This document shows positions 14,520 through 29,256 of a stretch of DNA of 64,000 nt, piece after piece (the first letter of the stretch is position 1; every line of letters begins with the position of its first letter). Source of the stretch: Chrysomallon squamiferum. Its lineage: Eukaryota > Animalia > Mollusca. A program made the translations under genes and the position numbers. Location: positions 17,670,001-17,734,000 of the forward strand of contig CM022671.1 of assembly GCA_012295275.1 (NCBI GenBank). The letters are read 5' to 3'. The notes beneath the pieces were generated by a model, which was not told the origin of the DNA, made no database searches, and saw nothing but the letters and a program-made list of their open reading frames with translations.

Positions 14520-15098
14520 TTAGAGGTTTGTGGTGGGGTAATTTATTTTTTAATTATTTTTTTTGTTTTTATTTTTATTTTTTTATGATTATTACTAATT
14601 GTTTTTATGATTTTTTTATGATTATTATTGGGGTTTTTTTTTTATTATTATTCTGCTGGAGTACCTTGTTATTTTCACTCAGAATTATATATTTTTTCTT
14701 ATACACCTCAATTCAATGTGAAAACTATGTTCATGCCTCGATTAACTTTTTTTTAATTTTAATTTTTTTTTAAATTATATTTTCAAATAAAAAATGTTTA
14801 TGATGACTTGCAAATTTATAGAATTTAAAACCTGCAGAATACTGACTGCATTCCACATTCTATTTATTAATCTTTTTTTAAATTATTATATCCTATTTAT
14901 ATTTTTACATACAAATTACATAGATATAAAAAAAAAAGAAAAAAAAAAGCCTGTACAGAAATTAAACTATATGTAGACATCTGTCAAGCAACTATGTTTC
15001 CAGACTAGTGAGTATTCTAAGTACTGGGTAACAAACAATTATAATGTAACGAAACAGTTAATAAAAAGTGTGGCGTGAGACTGATTCGAACTGGCCAA

Positions 15099-15346
15099 TC
15101 ACGTGGTGAGATCTCCTGCCTCTGTAATATCAACGTTGTCCTCATCCAGTCTGTGTTTTAAATTACCTGAGTGGCTTTCTTTGCTCAGTCGAACCAGTTC
15201 CTGTGACATGATCTCTAGATCCTGGAAAAAAAAAAAATAAATAAATAAATAATAATAATAATATATTAATTTGTTAAAATAAAATAATAAGAACAAGGGA
15301 AAAAAAAAAAAAAAAGCAGAAAGGCAAGAAAAGATAAATATATTAA

Positions 15347-15391
<45 letters not shown>

Positions 15392-16982
15392 TTTTTGAAA
15401 AAAGTAGAAAACAGAAAGAAAGAAATAAAAATCTCAAAAGTAAATTGATATTATTAAATGTTTTTTGTTCAAATTAATAAGTTCCTGACAAAATGAAAAT
15501 TGTTAATTAATTAATTATAAGTAATAACAAAAACTAAAATAAATAAATAAATAATAATAATAATAATAATACATAAATAACAACAGGAAAAAAACAACCA
15601 TAAATTAATTACCAAAATGTGTTTATTTTTTTTATTTTTTTTTTATAAATAAATAAAAATGAGATTTTAAAAATGATTTTACAAATAAAATTTGTTTTAA
15701 AAAATAAGTAAAAACAAGCCAATTCATAAGTCATTACTGATTAAAACCAGTAAAGTCAATTAAAAATATAATTTTAACAAAAAATCATTTGAGTCATGTC
15801 ACAAAGCCACTAGACAACAGCAAAATCTGTTCCACTTGCATTTATATGAATGATTCAAATAATTGACATTTTCAAAAAAAAAAAATTAAAAATTATAACA
15901 ATTAGTGAGTAATTTAGTAACAGGTTCATCATTTCATAAAGATCAGTTTTAACAAGTAACTCTGATGGTCATAAAACCGTTTTATTTTTGCCAAGACAAT
16001 ACAAATTCTACACACACACACATATACAAAATTTATGACAGCCTAGCTACAAGCAGAGCTATAAATTAATCAAGAAACGTGACAAAAAACACTGCAAATC
16101 TACCTGGTAGTTTTGGAAAAGTGACAAAAATCAATAATTAAGTATATAAATAATGACTCCCAAGTTTCACCTAAACATAACTGAAGCAGTCGCATGTGAA
16201 TCGCAGTGAGAAATTAGTGTTGTCTGGAAGTTCAGCAATCAGACACCTACACCGACAAAGCCATTACTAGAGGGAATACGCCTAACAATGGACTAATCTG
16301 CGACTGAATACTTTCTCTCTGTCACCCAGTGAATGGACATCTTGTCAACAGCAGACCTAGCTGCTTTTACAATCATTGGCACCATTGTCCACCTGATGTT
16401 GTAACTATTTTTAGCTCATCTTCGCAGCTGATGACAGATTTGCAAGTCTGCCGAATCATTTTACACATGGCGTCTATTAATAGTAATAATTATCTATTTA
16501 GCCGCTGCATAAAACCAGCAGCTAAATGGATTAAAAAGGAATTAATCGAGTGCATCTGATACTTAGTGCTTATGTAAGCAAACTCATCTGCAACAAAAAG
16601 AAGTTAACCGTATGTGTTATGCCAGAGAACATGGAGTCAAACTGAGCATGTCATTACATAAAAAAAAAATTTTTTTTTTTTTTTTTTTTTTTAAACAGTA
16701 GAATGCTCATTCAAAACAAGTGTGATAAAATAAAATAAAATATTTCAATTTTTAAAAATGTAGAATGCACAGTCAAAATGTGTGTGATAATAAATAAAAT
16801 GTTTTTTTTTCTTTCTTTTTTTTTGGAAATGTAGAATCTTCATTTGCACAGATCTCTCGTGCCCATGATAAGCATGCTTGAACTATCTATAAATCAAAAA
16901 GCAAGAGACAGACTGACTATGGAATTTTCTCTTTGTCGTTATTTTTAAAAATAAGAACAATAATAAATTTAATGGTCAGAAG

Positions 16983-17017
<35 letters not shown>

Positions 17018-17607
17018 TTATTTGTGCAGCTTAAAAGCAAAGTACTTCTTGTTTGCCAGTCAACCTATATCATTAAAACAAAAATAATAATCCAAAATAA
17101 AAAAAAAAAAATAAAAATGGACTATAATAATTACGTACATGTTAAAATCAATTAAACTTCTGTGCATATTTATTTAAAAAAAAAAAAAAAAAAAAAAAAT
17201 ATTCCTTTAAGGTTAGGAAGCTCACAAATTAAACAGATTTAAATTAAAACATGTTTTATTTTATTTGCAATCAGCATATGGTTCCTTTAATTGTGAAAAA
17301 GTGAAGAAAAAAAGTACAAGACAGATGTGAAAAATCAATAGATGAATTACAGACAGTGTGTGTAGTGTCTGCTTCCTTTTTCACATCAGAACAAATGATC
17401 TGACACAACAAACCTCACACCAGCTGTCTGATGTAGACCTCTATACCAGTGACAGGGGGCATTTTTGTATTTTACTGTTTTTACATAACACAAGACATGA
17501 TGTATTATACAAATAAATAAATAAATAAATAAACAAACAAATATCAAAATACTGAACTAAAATATAAAAATTGTCTGCAGGATTAGTTTAAAATTAAAAT
17601 GTTTTAT

Positions 17608-17653
<46 letters not shown>

Positions 17654-18691
17654 TCTTTTTAATGTATGAATGTTTAAATGAATGTTTATATATGTATGTG
17701 TGTGGGTATATGTTGTGGGTAGGTGTATGTGTGAGTATATATCTGTGTATATAAATATATATATATACATGTGTGTTTGTGTGTGTGTGCAACCATGTTT
17801 GTATACATATATATATATATATATACACATACATACATACATGTGTCTGTGTGTGCATGTGAGTGTGTATTTGGATGTATCAGTATAAAAAGTAACTGAT
17901 TAATGTGGTGGTCTCTGCAACAAATACAACAACAATTTAAATAAATCAATACATCTGTGATGACTGTTTGACATCTACATTAACACAAGAGACAGTTCCT
18001 TGACGCAGTCTCCAGTCTGACTACAGATTCAGTTAATTAGTTTTAATAGTTTATAGTTGTTACGAATGCAGTAGTAGTAGTTGAGAAAATGTTTGTACCA
18101 GGTAGAAAATGTTTGTATTTGTTTATATCTAATCTTAAAAGGGAAAATAAAATAAAAAATGTCATCATGCTTTTATAAAATTTCATTTATTGGCAAGTTG
18201 AAAGGCTAAATAGTTTTGGTAGGCTATTTATTGAACTGTTGTTGTTGTTGTTGTTATGATTATTATTATTATTAAAATATTATTTTATTTATTTTAAAAA
18301 AATTATAACTACAATAATTATAAAATACAACATGATGTGTGCTTAAATACATATGCACATAAATAAATAAAATTAAAAAATAATAATAAATAAATAAATA
18401 AGTCAACAGCTGCAGTGTTTATGAGCCTGTATAATTAATGATGCCTGTATTGGCCAAAGAATTAAATGTTTATGGATTCGGATAGAATAATTTCTGAGAT
18501 TAATTTCAATGCCGGATAATCCATCAGAAGTGGATATCTGAAGGTGTTATGGACTTTAATTCCACTTTGAGTAAATAAAAAAAATGTGAATCTGCATTCA
18601 TTAAAACTATTTTTCAAACTCTGCCCTGCAAATGGTTTATCATGAGTTAAGCTATGGTCTTTCTAGCCCAAGGAAATAAATATATAAATAA

Positions 18692-18749
<58 letters not shown>

Positions 18750-19138
18750 TTACAACAATTATTGTTAAAAAAAAACAAAAAAACCTCTCCAAAAAACTTT
18801 GAGTAGTGTGAAAAAAAAAAAAAAATTAACCAACTAAAAAGCTAAGATGGATAAGCTAGCAAAGCAAATCACTAGTTACAACTTAATATCCACTGGTGTA
18901 CTGCAGTAAAGAAGAATAAAGAAGACTGTTTGTAAATTTTAAATATAAAGCAACAGACTGTTAAGTCAGTTTAACTCTTACCAGTTTGAATACCAAGCAC
19001 ATGCTTTATTATAATACACACCCATCAAGAAAGGACGATAATTTAATATAACAAATATTAATTTAATAAGACCATAACACATTTTATTGATAAAGGTTAT
19101 GCGATGGTCTCTGTCTCTCTGTCTCTCTCTCTCTGACT

Positions 19139-19190
<52 letters not shown>

Positions 19191-20594
19191 ACACACATCT
19201 GCTTCTCTGTCAACAGGCATACAACATCTATGTAACCACTTTTTCAAAATTCTAACTATGATCCTGCAATTCCCACGTTTAACAATGCCATTCGTGTCTT
19301 ACAAATTATTTCTGTCAACACAAATCATAATACTGTGAACCATAATATAAACCAAAATGCCAAGTCAGAAAAAAAAAAAGAAATAAAACCTTCTTTGCAG
19401 TTCATTAGTCAAGTTAGATGTTTTCAATCTGCAAATGAATGGAAGCATGCAGAAAAATATTCTCCAGGTCATCCACAAATTACATGTACCTAGAAGGTGA
19501 AAGAGGATCACTTTTTATACCGAATGAAGAAAGGGATGGATATATAACAATTGAAAAACCTAAAATAGATAATCTTATGGAATCCAAAATTCATCACTGC
19601 AACGTTTTTTTCTGTTCTTCCATGACTGTTTTGTTTCAATGAGATTAAAAGAAACACTTTAAAACAAATCTCATTTCCTTATTGTAACTTTGTTAGTTAA
19701 CTTATTAAAAATTAAACAAGTCAAAGACGTTTCTGCACTGCAAAGCTTTGTCTAAGGAATCAAGACTAAAACTCACAGATTAAATTAAAAACTAAAAAAA
19801 TCTATTAAGTAATAAAAATAAAAAGATAATGATGATGATAAAAATGATAATGATGATGATGATAAAAATGATAATGATGATGATGATCAAAATGATGATA
19901 CTGACAATGATGACGTAGATGATAATGATGTAAACAGTGATGCCAACAATGATGATGATCATGATCAAAATGATAATGATGCTGACAGTAATGATGATAA
20001 TGATATAAACAGTGATGCTGAAAATGATGATGATGATGATGATGACGATGATGATGATAATGATCATGATCAGAATAAAGCATCCTGGCTATAATGAAGC
20101 TGATTACAACAAAAAGAGATAATGATGACGAACATTCCCAATATATCTCTGTCATTGTTATATTAACAGCAAAACTGGTGTTTAAATACTGCACACTGTA
20201 ATCACATTATTTTCCCTATCAGTTTAATCAGCAGCCTCTTAAGTTCATTGCAAATAATTAGATGAAAAACTAAGACAATTTATTCCTCCACCCCCTCAGC
20301 TTCAGACATTTCAGTGACATCTGACAAAGTATCAGCAACTTGTGCCTGTACACGCAGAGGAATTAATCTGCACTGTAATCTGATGTGACACAATTACCAG
20401 TGGACGTCACTGATGGATACTTGAACAGTGGTAGCAGATTCACACAGATTATTTTCAAAATGTGACTGTGTTTTCTGGGTGAGCTTATTAGAATTAATGT
20501 TTGTGAACCAAAATAAAATTTAAAAAAGACCTATTAAATGCTAAAAAAACAACAACAGAAGTCATTAAAATGTAATGACATAAAATATGTTATG

Positions 20595-20658
<64 letters not shown>

Positions 20659-22211
20659 CATTGTTACAATCAATAAAACAACAAAAAAAAAAAATATATA
20701 TTCTTGACCAGTGTCATTTAAGAAAACCACTCTGTAGACTGTCATGACTCCAGTGGTGAAGCAACAAAATGGAAGCATTCAAATGTCTTGTAACATTCTT
20801 AATCCTCATTCTTTGTTATTAACAATAAAATAAAAACTTGAAACTACAACGAACCTTTAGGACTATTCATTTGTAATACCACAAATAATGTGTGTCATTT
20901 TACTGTCACAACTTTCAAAAAAACATTCTAATTACAGAATAAAAAAGTCCTCAGTATTTGACAGCTATGAACAAACTGCATTTGTACAATCATTTTGTTC
21001 TTGCACTGGATGAAAATTAATATCTGGCATAACTTACTTTTTTTTTTTTTGATATTTTAGTTTATAACAATTTGTAATTTGCAGATATAATAAACATTTT
21101 ATCTGTATGTTTTAAAATCAAACACACTAACAATTATTTTTGAACATTTACTGACACCAGTAATTATTATTGGCCTCTTTAAAAGAAAACAGTAGCCTAT
21201 GTTTGGTAGGAGTAAGACTCAGTTCTGTTTATGCTCTCTGCTGATTATTTCCCAATACAACCTAAACTCTGGTTTATCAAAACTCTGGTATATTCTTTCC
21301 TGTCTACTGAAGTGCATACAAAATATTTGTTGCTGATAAGCAAGTTGCTTTCCACATTCATGTCACCATTATATAAAAAATGTATGTCTGATTAGAAAAA
21401 CACATTAACACTGAAATGTCTTTGTTTCATCATCATTCATTAATATGTTGTTGGTATTGTTTTACTTGGTATTTGATAGAAAACATAACAAATGTAGACA
21501 GTGTCAAACAATCTTGTAAACAACATGTAACGAATATTTGTTTTAGGGAACATTATAAAATACCAGCTGTTTTAGAAAAGGTGCTAGATCTTGTTGTTTT
21601 GTTGTTTATTGTCTTCAGAAAGTGCTAAATGTTCTGTAACTTGTTGACTGGAATAAACAAGGTGTAACAGCAAGTGAATAAAATAATTTTTTCTAGTCTG
21701 AGTTCTCATAAAAATATTTCTGCTAAAATCCATTAAAACTGGCAACCACTGTTACGTGTTTCAAATACATTTTTGCTCCTTATACAAACTCATCTATTAC
21801 TTGTTATTAATGTTAAAAAATTAAATTTGGGTAAAATATAAAAATCTTCACACCATAACAGTAATCAGCAAAGATAATTGAATATTGCAAAATAAAAATC
21901 AGCATTACTATAACAATTATACAATTCATTTGATCCTCAAAAAGGCAATTTACCTGATTAAAAATTAAAATTTAAAAAAAAAAAAAAAAAAATTAAAAAG
22001 AAAGAAAAAAAGAAAAAAGAAATAAAACAAAAACAAAATGAACTGACAAATTACCATGTTAAAATATAAGAGTATCTGACTTTACAAGTAACCATTTTTT
22101 CTCTACATCTAATTTTCTGCACTGATTTGTCTAATGTTATCTGTCATTGCTGAGTGAGTCTGATTAACTGCCAATAAAGCTTGGAAACACAAAATCCAAA
22201 TTAGAAGAATG

Positions 22212-22242
<31 letters not shown>

Positions 22243-23050
22243 AGAATTAGAAGAAAATAAAAAAAGAAAGAATGGTGAAAAAAAAAATGTGAAAGAAAGT
22301 GAAAAAAAGAAGAAGAAAAGCTTTCTCATCAAAGATGCTTTCTTCTACACTACAATGCCATTCTTGAAATGAAAAAAAAAAAAAAGAGAGAAAAAAAAAA
22401 AAAAGAAATAAGAGGGAAAAAAAGAAAGCTTAAGAAAAAAGAAAGAAAGAAGTAAAAAAAAAAAAAGAAAGAGAGAAGTAAAGAAAAGAAAGAAAGAAAG
22501 AAGTAAAGAAAAGAAAGAAGTAAAAAAGAAAAAGAAAAAAGAAAGAAGTAAAAAAAAAAAACAAAAAAAGAAGTAAAAAAAAGAAACAAACAAAGAAAGA
22601 AAAAAAAAAGAAAGAAAGAAAGAAAGAAGTAAAAAAGAAACAAACAAAGAAACAAGTAAAAATAAAAGAAAGAAAGAAAATAAGAAGTTCATAGTCAAAG
22701 ATGCTTTTTTCTTCCCTACAATGCCATTCTTGAAATGAAAAGTAAAAGAGCTGTCAACTAACTAATTGAGGTCTTCCTCCTTGCACCTTGCGAGTCCTCT
22801 CACCGCTGAAAATAAACTATTTCTGGCTTCAACAAGCAAAAAAAAGTTGATATTAAAGTTAGGCTGGTGATAATGGCATTAGGACATGGAGACCAGAATT
22901 TCAAAGGGCGACAAAGAAAATAAAACATCTTTGGCCATTACTTGTGTAATTGATGAATCATAGAGCCTGCCAGAGTGATAACAAGCCAGAGGCATCAGAT
23001 TCTTCTCAAAAGCTAAGAAATTTCACTTGCTTTAGATTGATTTCTTCAGC

Positions 23051-23084
<34 letters not shown>

Positions 23085-23784
23085 GCTAGTCAGAGATAGA
23101 GTTTACAGAGAATTGCAAAAACTGCAGGGAATTGGATAAATGATTTGCTAGGATGACAAACATCATCAATAATGTCCTCATAGAGGCATGCAATTATGCT
23201 GTCTCAATCTGAAGTTTCCATAGCAACAGTTTTCTGCAAGTTTCACCAACTCCTTTCCCAGTGAATAGCACATTAACAGACAGACTTAACTGCTCTTTTT
23301 ATCTATTCACCTTCAATTTTCACTTCCAATAAACATTATTGATTCACTTCTGCTTTCCCTACCCTTACTTTCAGCTTATAAGCACAGGCAACAAAATTAA
23401 GACAGAACGCTGACAAGAAAAAATATCACAGAAAGAGCTAATAATCATAGTTAGACACAAGAACGTGCCTGCTGGGAGACATTGCTGTAACTTCAGTTCG
23501 TTTTTGAAGTTATAAAGATAATCACAAAAACTGCTACTTGTTAATTTTCTGTAAAGATATCTAGATTGCTACTAAACACATACACATGCATACATACATA
23601 CACACATGCACACACACACGCACACAAACAAACACACACAGTTTAATGATACATGACAAACAACATGAAATAATCAGATTTTAAAATGTATCAAAAGTGA
23701 ATACGGATAAATTTTATAAAGCAAACCTATACCCTCCCAACACACTAACACATGTTATACACATTAGCATAGACACACATGCAC

Positions 23785-23819
<35 letters not shown>

Positions 23820-26800
23820 ACTTAATATGCACACATGTAGCTAATACACAAACATACCCACATACACTATCATATGCACATGTGCACAACACATACACAG
23901 ACATACACACATACAACTGAGCAAAACGTCAACTACAAAAACTGTGTTATACTGATAGGACAATCAAATGACAGAGAACAAGAAACATACTAAACAGAGC
24001 TCAGCTGAACTGGACAAAACGAGTTAACATGTTCATTAACGCAGTGTCAAAGCACTTTTTAGTGTGGAGCTGACATTAACAATAAACCATGCGGCTTCTC
24101 GTTTGGTGTATGCAGAATCGGCCATTCACTGGCACATGCCTGTGAATTACAGCTAGTTCATTTCTCACATCAAATTATCACGTTCTTTATGTTGATCTAG
24201 TTCTTGATTCAGCTTGCAATTATGGGAGAAAACACAGCTAAGCTGGGGTAACTGGAATACTTTCATTACTTATTGGCAATTTCAATGGGCTAAGTGTGCC
24301 ACATGTGAATCTGAAAATTCTTCAACATTTTCGGATCATTTTAATTTAAGACACCAGTGCAAGGCAAATAAATGAAAAGAAAGAAGTAAAAAAGAGAAAG
24401 AAAGGAAAAAAGAAAAACGAAAAAGAAAACAAAATTAATGCTGAGTTCTCAGAGATAAAACTAGTATTTGCAGTTTCAATGGACAAAATGTTTTACATGT
24501 GAATTTTTTTTAAAGTTTGACACTTATGAAGTTTTTAATTTAAGATAACAGCCAAAGGCAAACATAGGAAAAGAAACGAAAAATAATAGTAGTAATAATA
24601 AAAATAATAATAAAACTAAAATAAATAAATAAATAAATGCAAAACATCTCAGTGTTGAAAACATACAACATTAAAATCTTATTAAAATTCCAGCCTTCCT
24701 TGTTATAAATACAAATCCCATATTTGTCTTTAAGCAAAAGAATTAATCTTATTTTGTTTTGTTTTTATTTTGTAATAAAATTTTTAAAAAAAACATTCAT
24801 TGAAGACATTAAATCACACAGAAAATTGTGATAACATATTACTGGCAAATTTTTATTGTTATTATTTTACATAAACTTCAAAGAATTGTAATTTATGTGT
24901 CAAAATAGAAACATTAAGCTCTTTTAACTGATAAAACAGATGGCAAAAGAAACCATAACAAACTATAGTTTCAGAATAAACATATAACGAAAAAAAAAAT
25001 GTCTATAAAGAACCCATAAGCTTATCTAAGCAGAAACTAAAAATGTCAAAATTAAAATAAATTCCACGTTTTGGATATTAAGATGGCCTTTCTTATTTGC
25101 CGATTTGGCATTCATGGCTTTGACCAACCATGATCAAAAAAAGATTTCTAAAAAAATATTTAGTGTACAGTAAATTATATTTTCTATGCTATGCATATGG
25201 TATGCTAGAATACTGCAGACAGTATTATTAAAGTGGGTTTTAATATATCTATGGTTGGAGGCTACAAGTTGTCAACATGTAGGAGTAAATTACATCATTT
25301 ATACTGGTGTCATGAGCAACTGCATGGAAACATGTACATGTGGACAAGGCAAGTCAACTAATATCAAATTATATGACAGTTTATAGGATCAAGTCTCCTT
25401 GGTACCATACAACTGGATAATAATAAAAGGTCTTGGTTTCTCTGTCCATATACAAAAAAAAAAAAAAAAAAAAATGGCTTGTAGCTAACTGAAAAAGAAC
25501 AGCTCATTTAATGATTTTGGCAGGTTTCCTCTCTTACTATCTTTATGATCTCAGATTTTAATACACCATACAGACATAGATTAAATAATGTGTTAAATGA
25601 ACAATTCTGATTTTCTTGAATGATAATTTGTAGTTAATGGGTTTTTGTACATAGATTAAAAAATGTGTTAAATGAAAAATATTTCTTGAAAGATAATTTG
25701 TTGAATCGGGGTGGATGCTTGTTCTCTCTGGGTTGTTTTGACTGTGGACACAATTCATGCTGGCCAAAAAGGCTAAATTAGCTGAAAGAGCCAGAATATA
25801 TACAAAAAGTGAGGGTAGTTATAATCAATACCATACAAATGTCAGCTAGCACTGTAAACTTTCTTTGTCAGTGAATATATATATTATGGACATAGCCAGA
25901 GATGTTTTAAGACTCCACTCTTGTAAGATGGATTATTATTTAGGTTAAATTCACATCTAAAAATAATATATACATACGCACTGCATTAAAAAGCAATTAC
26001 ATAAAAGCAAAAAGTACTTAGATCATACAGCCATCAGTTTGTGTCAGCTAGAAATATCTCTTAATGAGAGTTTTATTAAAAACATATTGATCTGATGCTA
26101 ATAGTGCAAGGATACTGCAACTCATCAGCTTCAAGTATTTTATAACATGTTTTACATTGCCATTTAGCTAATAAATAAACATTTAATAAAAAATGAAAGT
26201 GCTTAAGAGTTGATATATAAAGGATTTGTCGAATAAATCGTCACAGTTTTACACATGATTACTTATTTATTTATTTATTTACTTATACATTTATTTATTA
26301 CTATTTGTTTTTATAATCTTAAGGAATTAAATGCCAAAAAAAAAATATAATGTAGACAGAAATAGACAGAAATATTTATTATGAATGGGGTTTTAAAGAC
26401 CTTGGAATGCAGTGCTGACTTCATTCTCATATTTTTCTTTCAAATGCACATTGTGCCAAATAAATGTATCACGAAATCATTAATAATATCTTAAATACAT
26501 TTTAATAATTAATGATTAGTGATGCCAAAAACAGTTTTATGTAATGATGATCACACTGTTGATACTCCGAAGTTATTTGTATCAACTAGTAATATGGGAT
26601 CTTTTAGAAGCTCGTTCAAAAGCACATCTACTGTTTGGAACAACCTGCAGGTTGGATTGGTAAATAGTCTAATAAGAACAACTTAGACAAGTGATCCTGT
26701 GTGCCTTCTAAACACATACATATTTGCAATACTAATAATATCTAATCAGGATTTGAAACACTATCTGTCTGAAGAAGCAGACACTACTCTATAATTGATA

Positions 26801-29214
26801 TAAAACAATTTAAATATTTTTATTCTAATCTCAAGTCATTTGATCAACTGGTCTCTGAGCTAATGCTTATCTTGTGATCAGCTCATCTGCTTGTCCCCTG
26901 CCATGCACACAGCATTGCCACCCAGGGAGCCCTTTATTAACATTTTCAATCACACTCTGTAATAAAACATTACAGGTCTTGGCAAAATGCTTTCTGAACA
27001 TGAAACTAAGACTACAAAATTTGTGAAGTCAAAAGGGTGGTGGCTTTTAAAACCCTGAGTTAAACTAGAAATTACTTAATTAGATGCTAAACAAAACAAA
27101 CAAATGCTTCAGCAGATCTCAGCATTTGAAACTCAATTCTTCATAATTAAATATCACTACAGAAAGCAGTCTCTATGTACAATAATAAGGCATGAAACCT
27201 AAAAGGAATACTTTAAAACAGATTTCTTGTTGCCAGAGAACAAAAATCTATAATTACTGAAGTTTTTTTTTTGTTTGTTTGTTTGTTTTTGTTGGTTTTT
27301 TTTGCATTGATGAAATTTCATTTGTTATGTGTAAGATTACCATAAAAATAACGCCTTTAAAAATTTATAATGAAACATATTTCAAATTATTCGGCTAGAA
27401 AGTTTATGTATTTACAGCATAAATATAACTTGTGAAAATTAAAAATGAATAAAAATAACTCACAAAAATTTAAAAAGAAAGATTATAAATTATTTCAGTA
27501 TAAAACAAAGGTTTCTGTTTTATAGATGTAAACAATTTCGAGGAAGAAAATTTAAAACAAATGACATTTCAAATTATTTAGCTGCAAACGTTTGCATTTT
27601 TTTTTAGCATCTGTAATATTCTAAAAGGAAGTGTACTCCTCATAAAATTTTTATATTCACACTAACCTGTTGTAAATGCATATTTTTTGTTAATGTCTCT
27701 TCTAACATTCTCTGTAACTTTTTATTCATTTCTCTCAGTTCCTGGTCATCACCTTTCTTGATGATGTCCAGAATCTTGTTCAGAGAGTTCTTGTCTTCAT
27801 GCACTGGAGCTGAAGGTCCGCGTTCTGAAACCAATGAAGCAAATTCTCTTGTATATTGTCCAGTATATTTAAAACATTTAATAATCCATTAACTAACTCA
27901 ACCAGTTTAATTTATTTCAAAATTAGAAAAACAAATATGCAATCACTGACAATTATTCCATTGTAGAAAAATATATCTGCAATCACTAATAATTATTCCA
28001 TTAACCAATACAACCAATTAAATTTAGTTCAGAAGTAGAAAATCAATTAAATTTATTTGTAAAGTACAAAAATATATCTGCAATCACTGATAATTATTCC
28101 ATTAATTAATCAAGTCAATTAAATTTATTTCGGAAGTAGAAAAATAAATCTTCAATCACTAATAATTATAACATAAACTAATTCAACCAATTAAATTCAT
28201 TTCTGAAGTAGAAAATCAATTAAATTTCAGAAGTAGAAAAATATATCTGCAATTACTAATAATTATTTTATTCACTAAAAGAAAAAGAATAACGATATTA
28301 TTTCCAGTGCAATGAAATTTTATATTTTGCAAAACTATTCCAAACATATTCATTTTCAACCGATTTGAAATTTTACACTATGAAATATTTACCATACATT
28401 CTTATTAATTTAATATTTACTGACCTGTCTTGCTGCCCATGACATAATGACTAATAATAGCTGTCTTCTTGAGTAGATCATCGGCCATGCACGCATTGCT
28501 GGTCTCCAAGTGATTCACCTACAAATACATGAATTAAATCAGTGTTTTCCTAATGTGTGCTCCACATGGGGACGATTTAAAAATGATGTATTAAGAACAA
28601 TCTTTTCTAAACCCATTAATGTTGATGGCCAAGAAATCCTGCCACACAAAATAAGTAAATTGTTAAATCAATGAAAAATGTTAATGAATATGACTACAGT
28701 CAACGTTATAAACATGTTATAATTTAAGATGTTCATGCTGCTTCGAAGCACTATTTATATTAAACTTTCTGTTTCACAATTGTGTTTGGCTTTTATGCCA
28801 AAGAGGTCATCAGAATCTTCATGAGGATGAGGTGGGGCAAGAACCCAAAATGGCTGGGAACCATTTTTGTGAAGTGTCTGTACATACTGATTATAGCTCA
28901 TATTAAAAGAGGTTTTCAAGGAAGGATGTGAACAGCACAGCTAGGAGTTATGGGTCTCAGAAATGAAAGGCCACTGGATCAATTCTTATTACAGTGCCTC
29001 TAGGGATATTTCTTTTTAAAGTAATCGTGAATGATTCCCCAAAGAGACATGTTTTATGACAAGTGATTTTAAAATGACAAAAGAAGCTTTTTTGTTTCTT
29101 CTTTTTTCTTTTTTTTAAAGAAAAGCTGTAAAATGATTAAAAAAAGACAATAAAATAATGATAATGTTAATGATAATGTTAATGATGATGATAACAATAA
29201 CAATAATAATAATA

Positions 29215-29256
<42 letters not shown>

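Noticed and set aside
16428-16460. Hammerhead-ribozyme-like CTGATGA followed by a hairpin (cagatt-tgca-agtctg)
   Set aside because: The stem is followed by CCGAAT rather than GAAA, and I found no stems I/III or NUH cleavage site.
19792-20194. Poly-His and poly-Ile ORFs (metal-binding protein?)
   Set aside because: They are translations of a degenerate (GAT)n microsatellite inside an intron.
22345-22698. Phe/Leu-rich membrane-protein-like ORFs
   Set aside because: Low-complexity T/C tract.
26100-26130. Minus-strand CTGATGA plus stem (second hammerhead-like candidate)
   Set aside because: No GAAA after stem II.
27880-28275. Repeat array as CRISPR-like
   Set aside because: It is a eukaryotic intronic minisatellite with degenerate units, no unique spacers and no cas genes.
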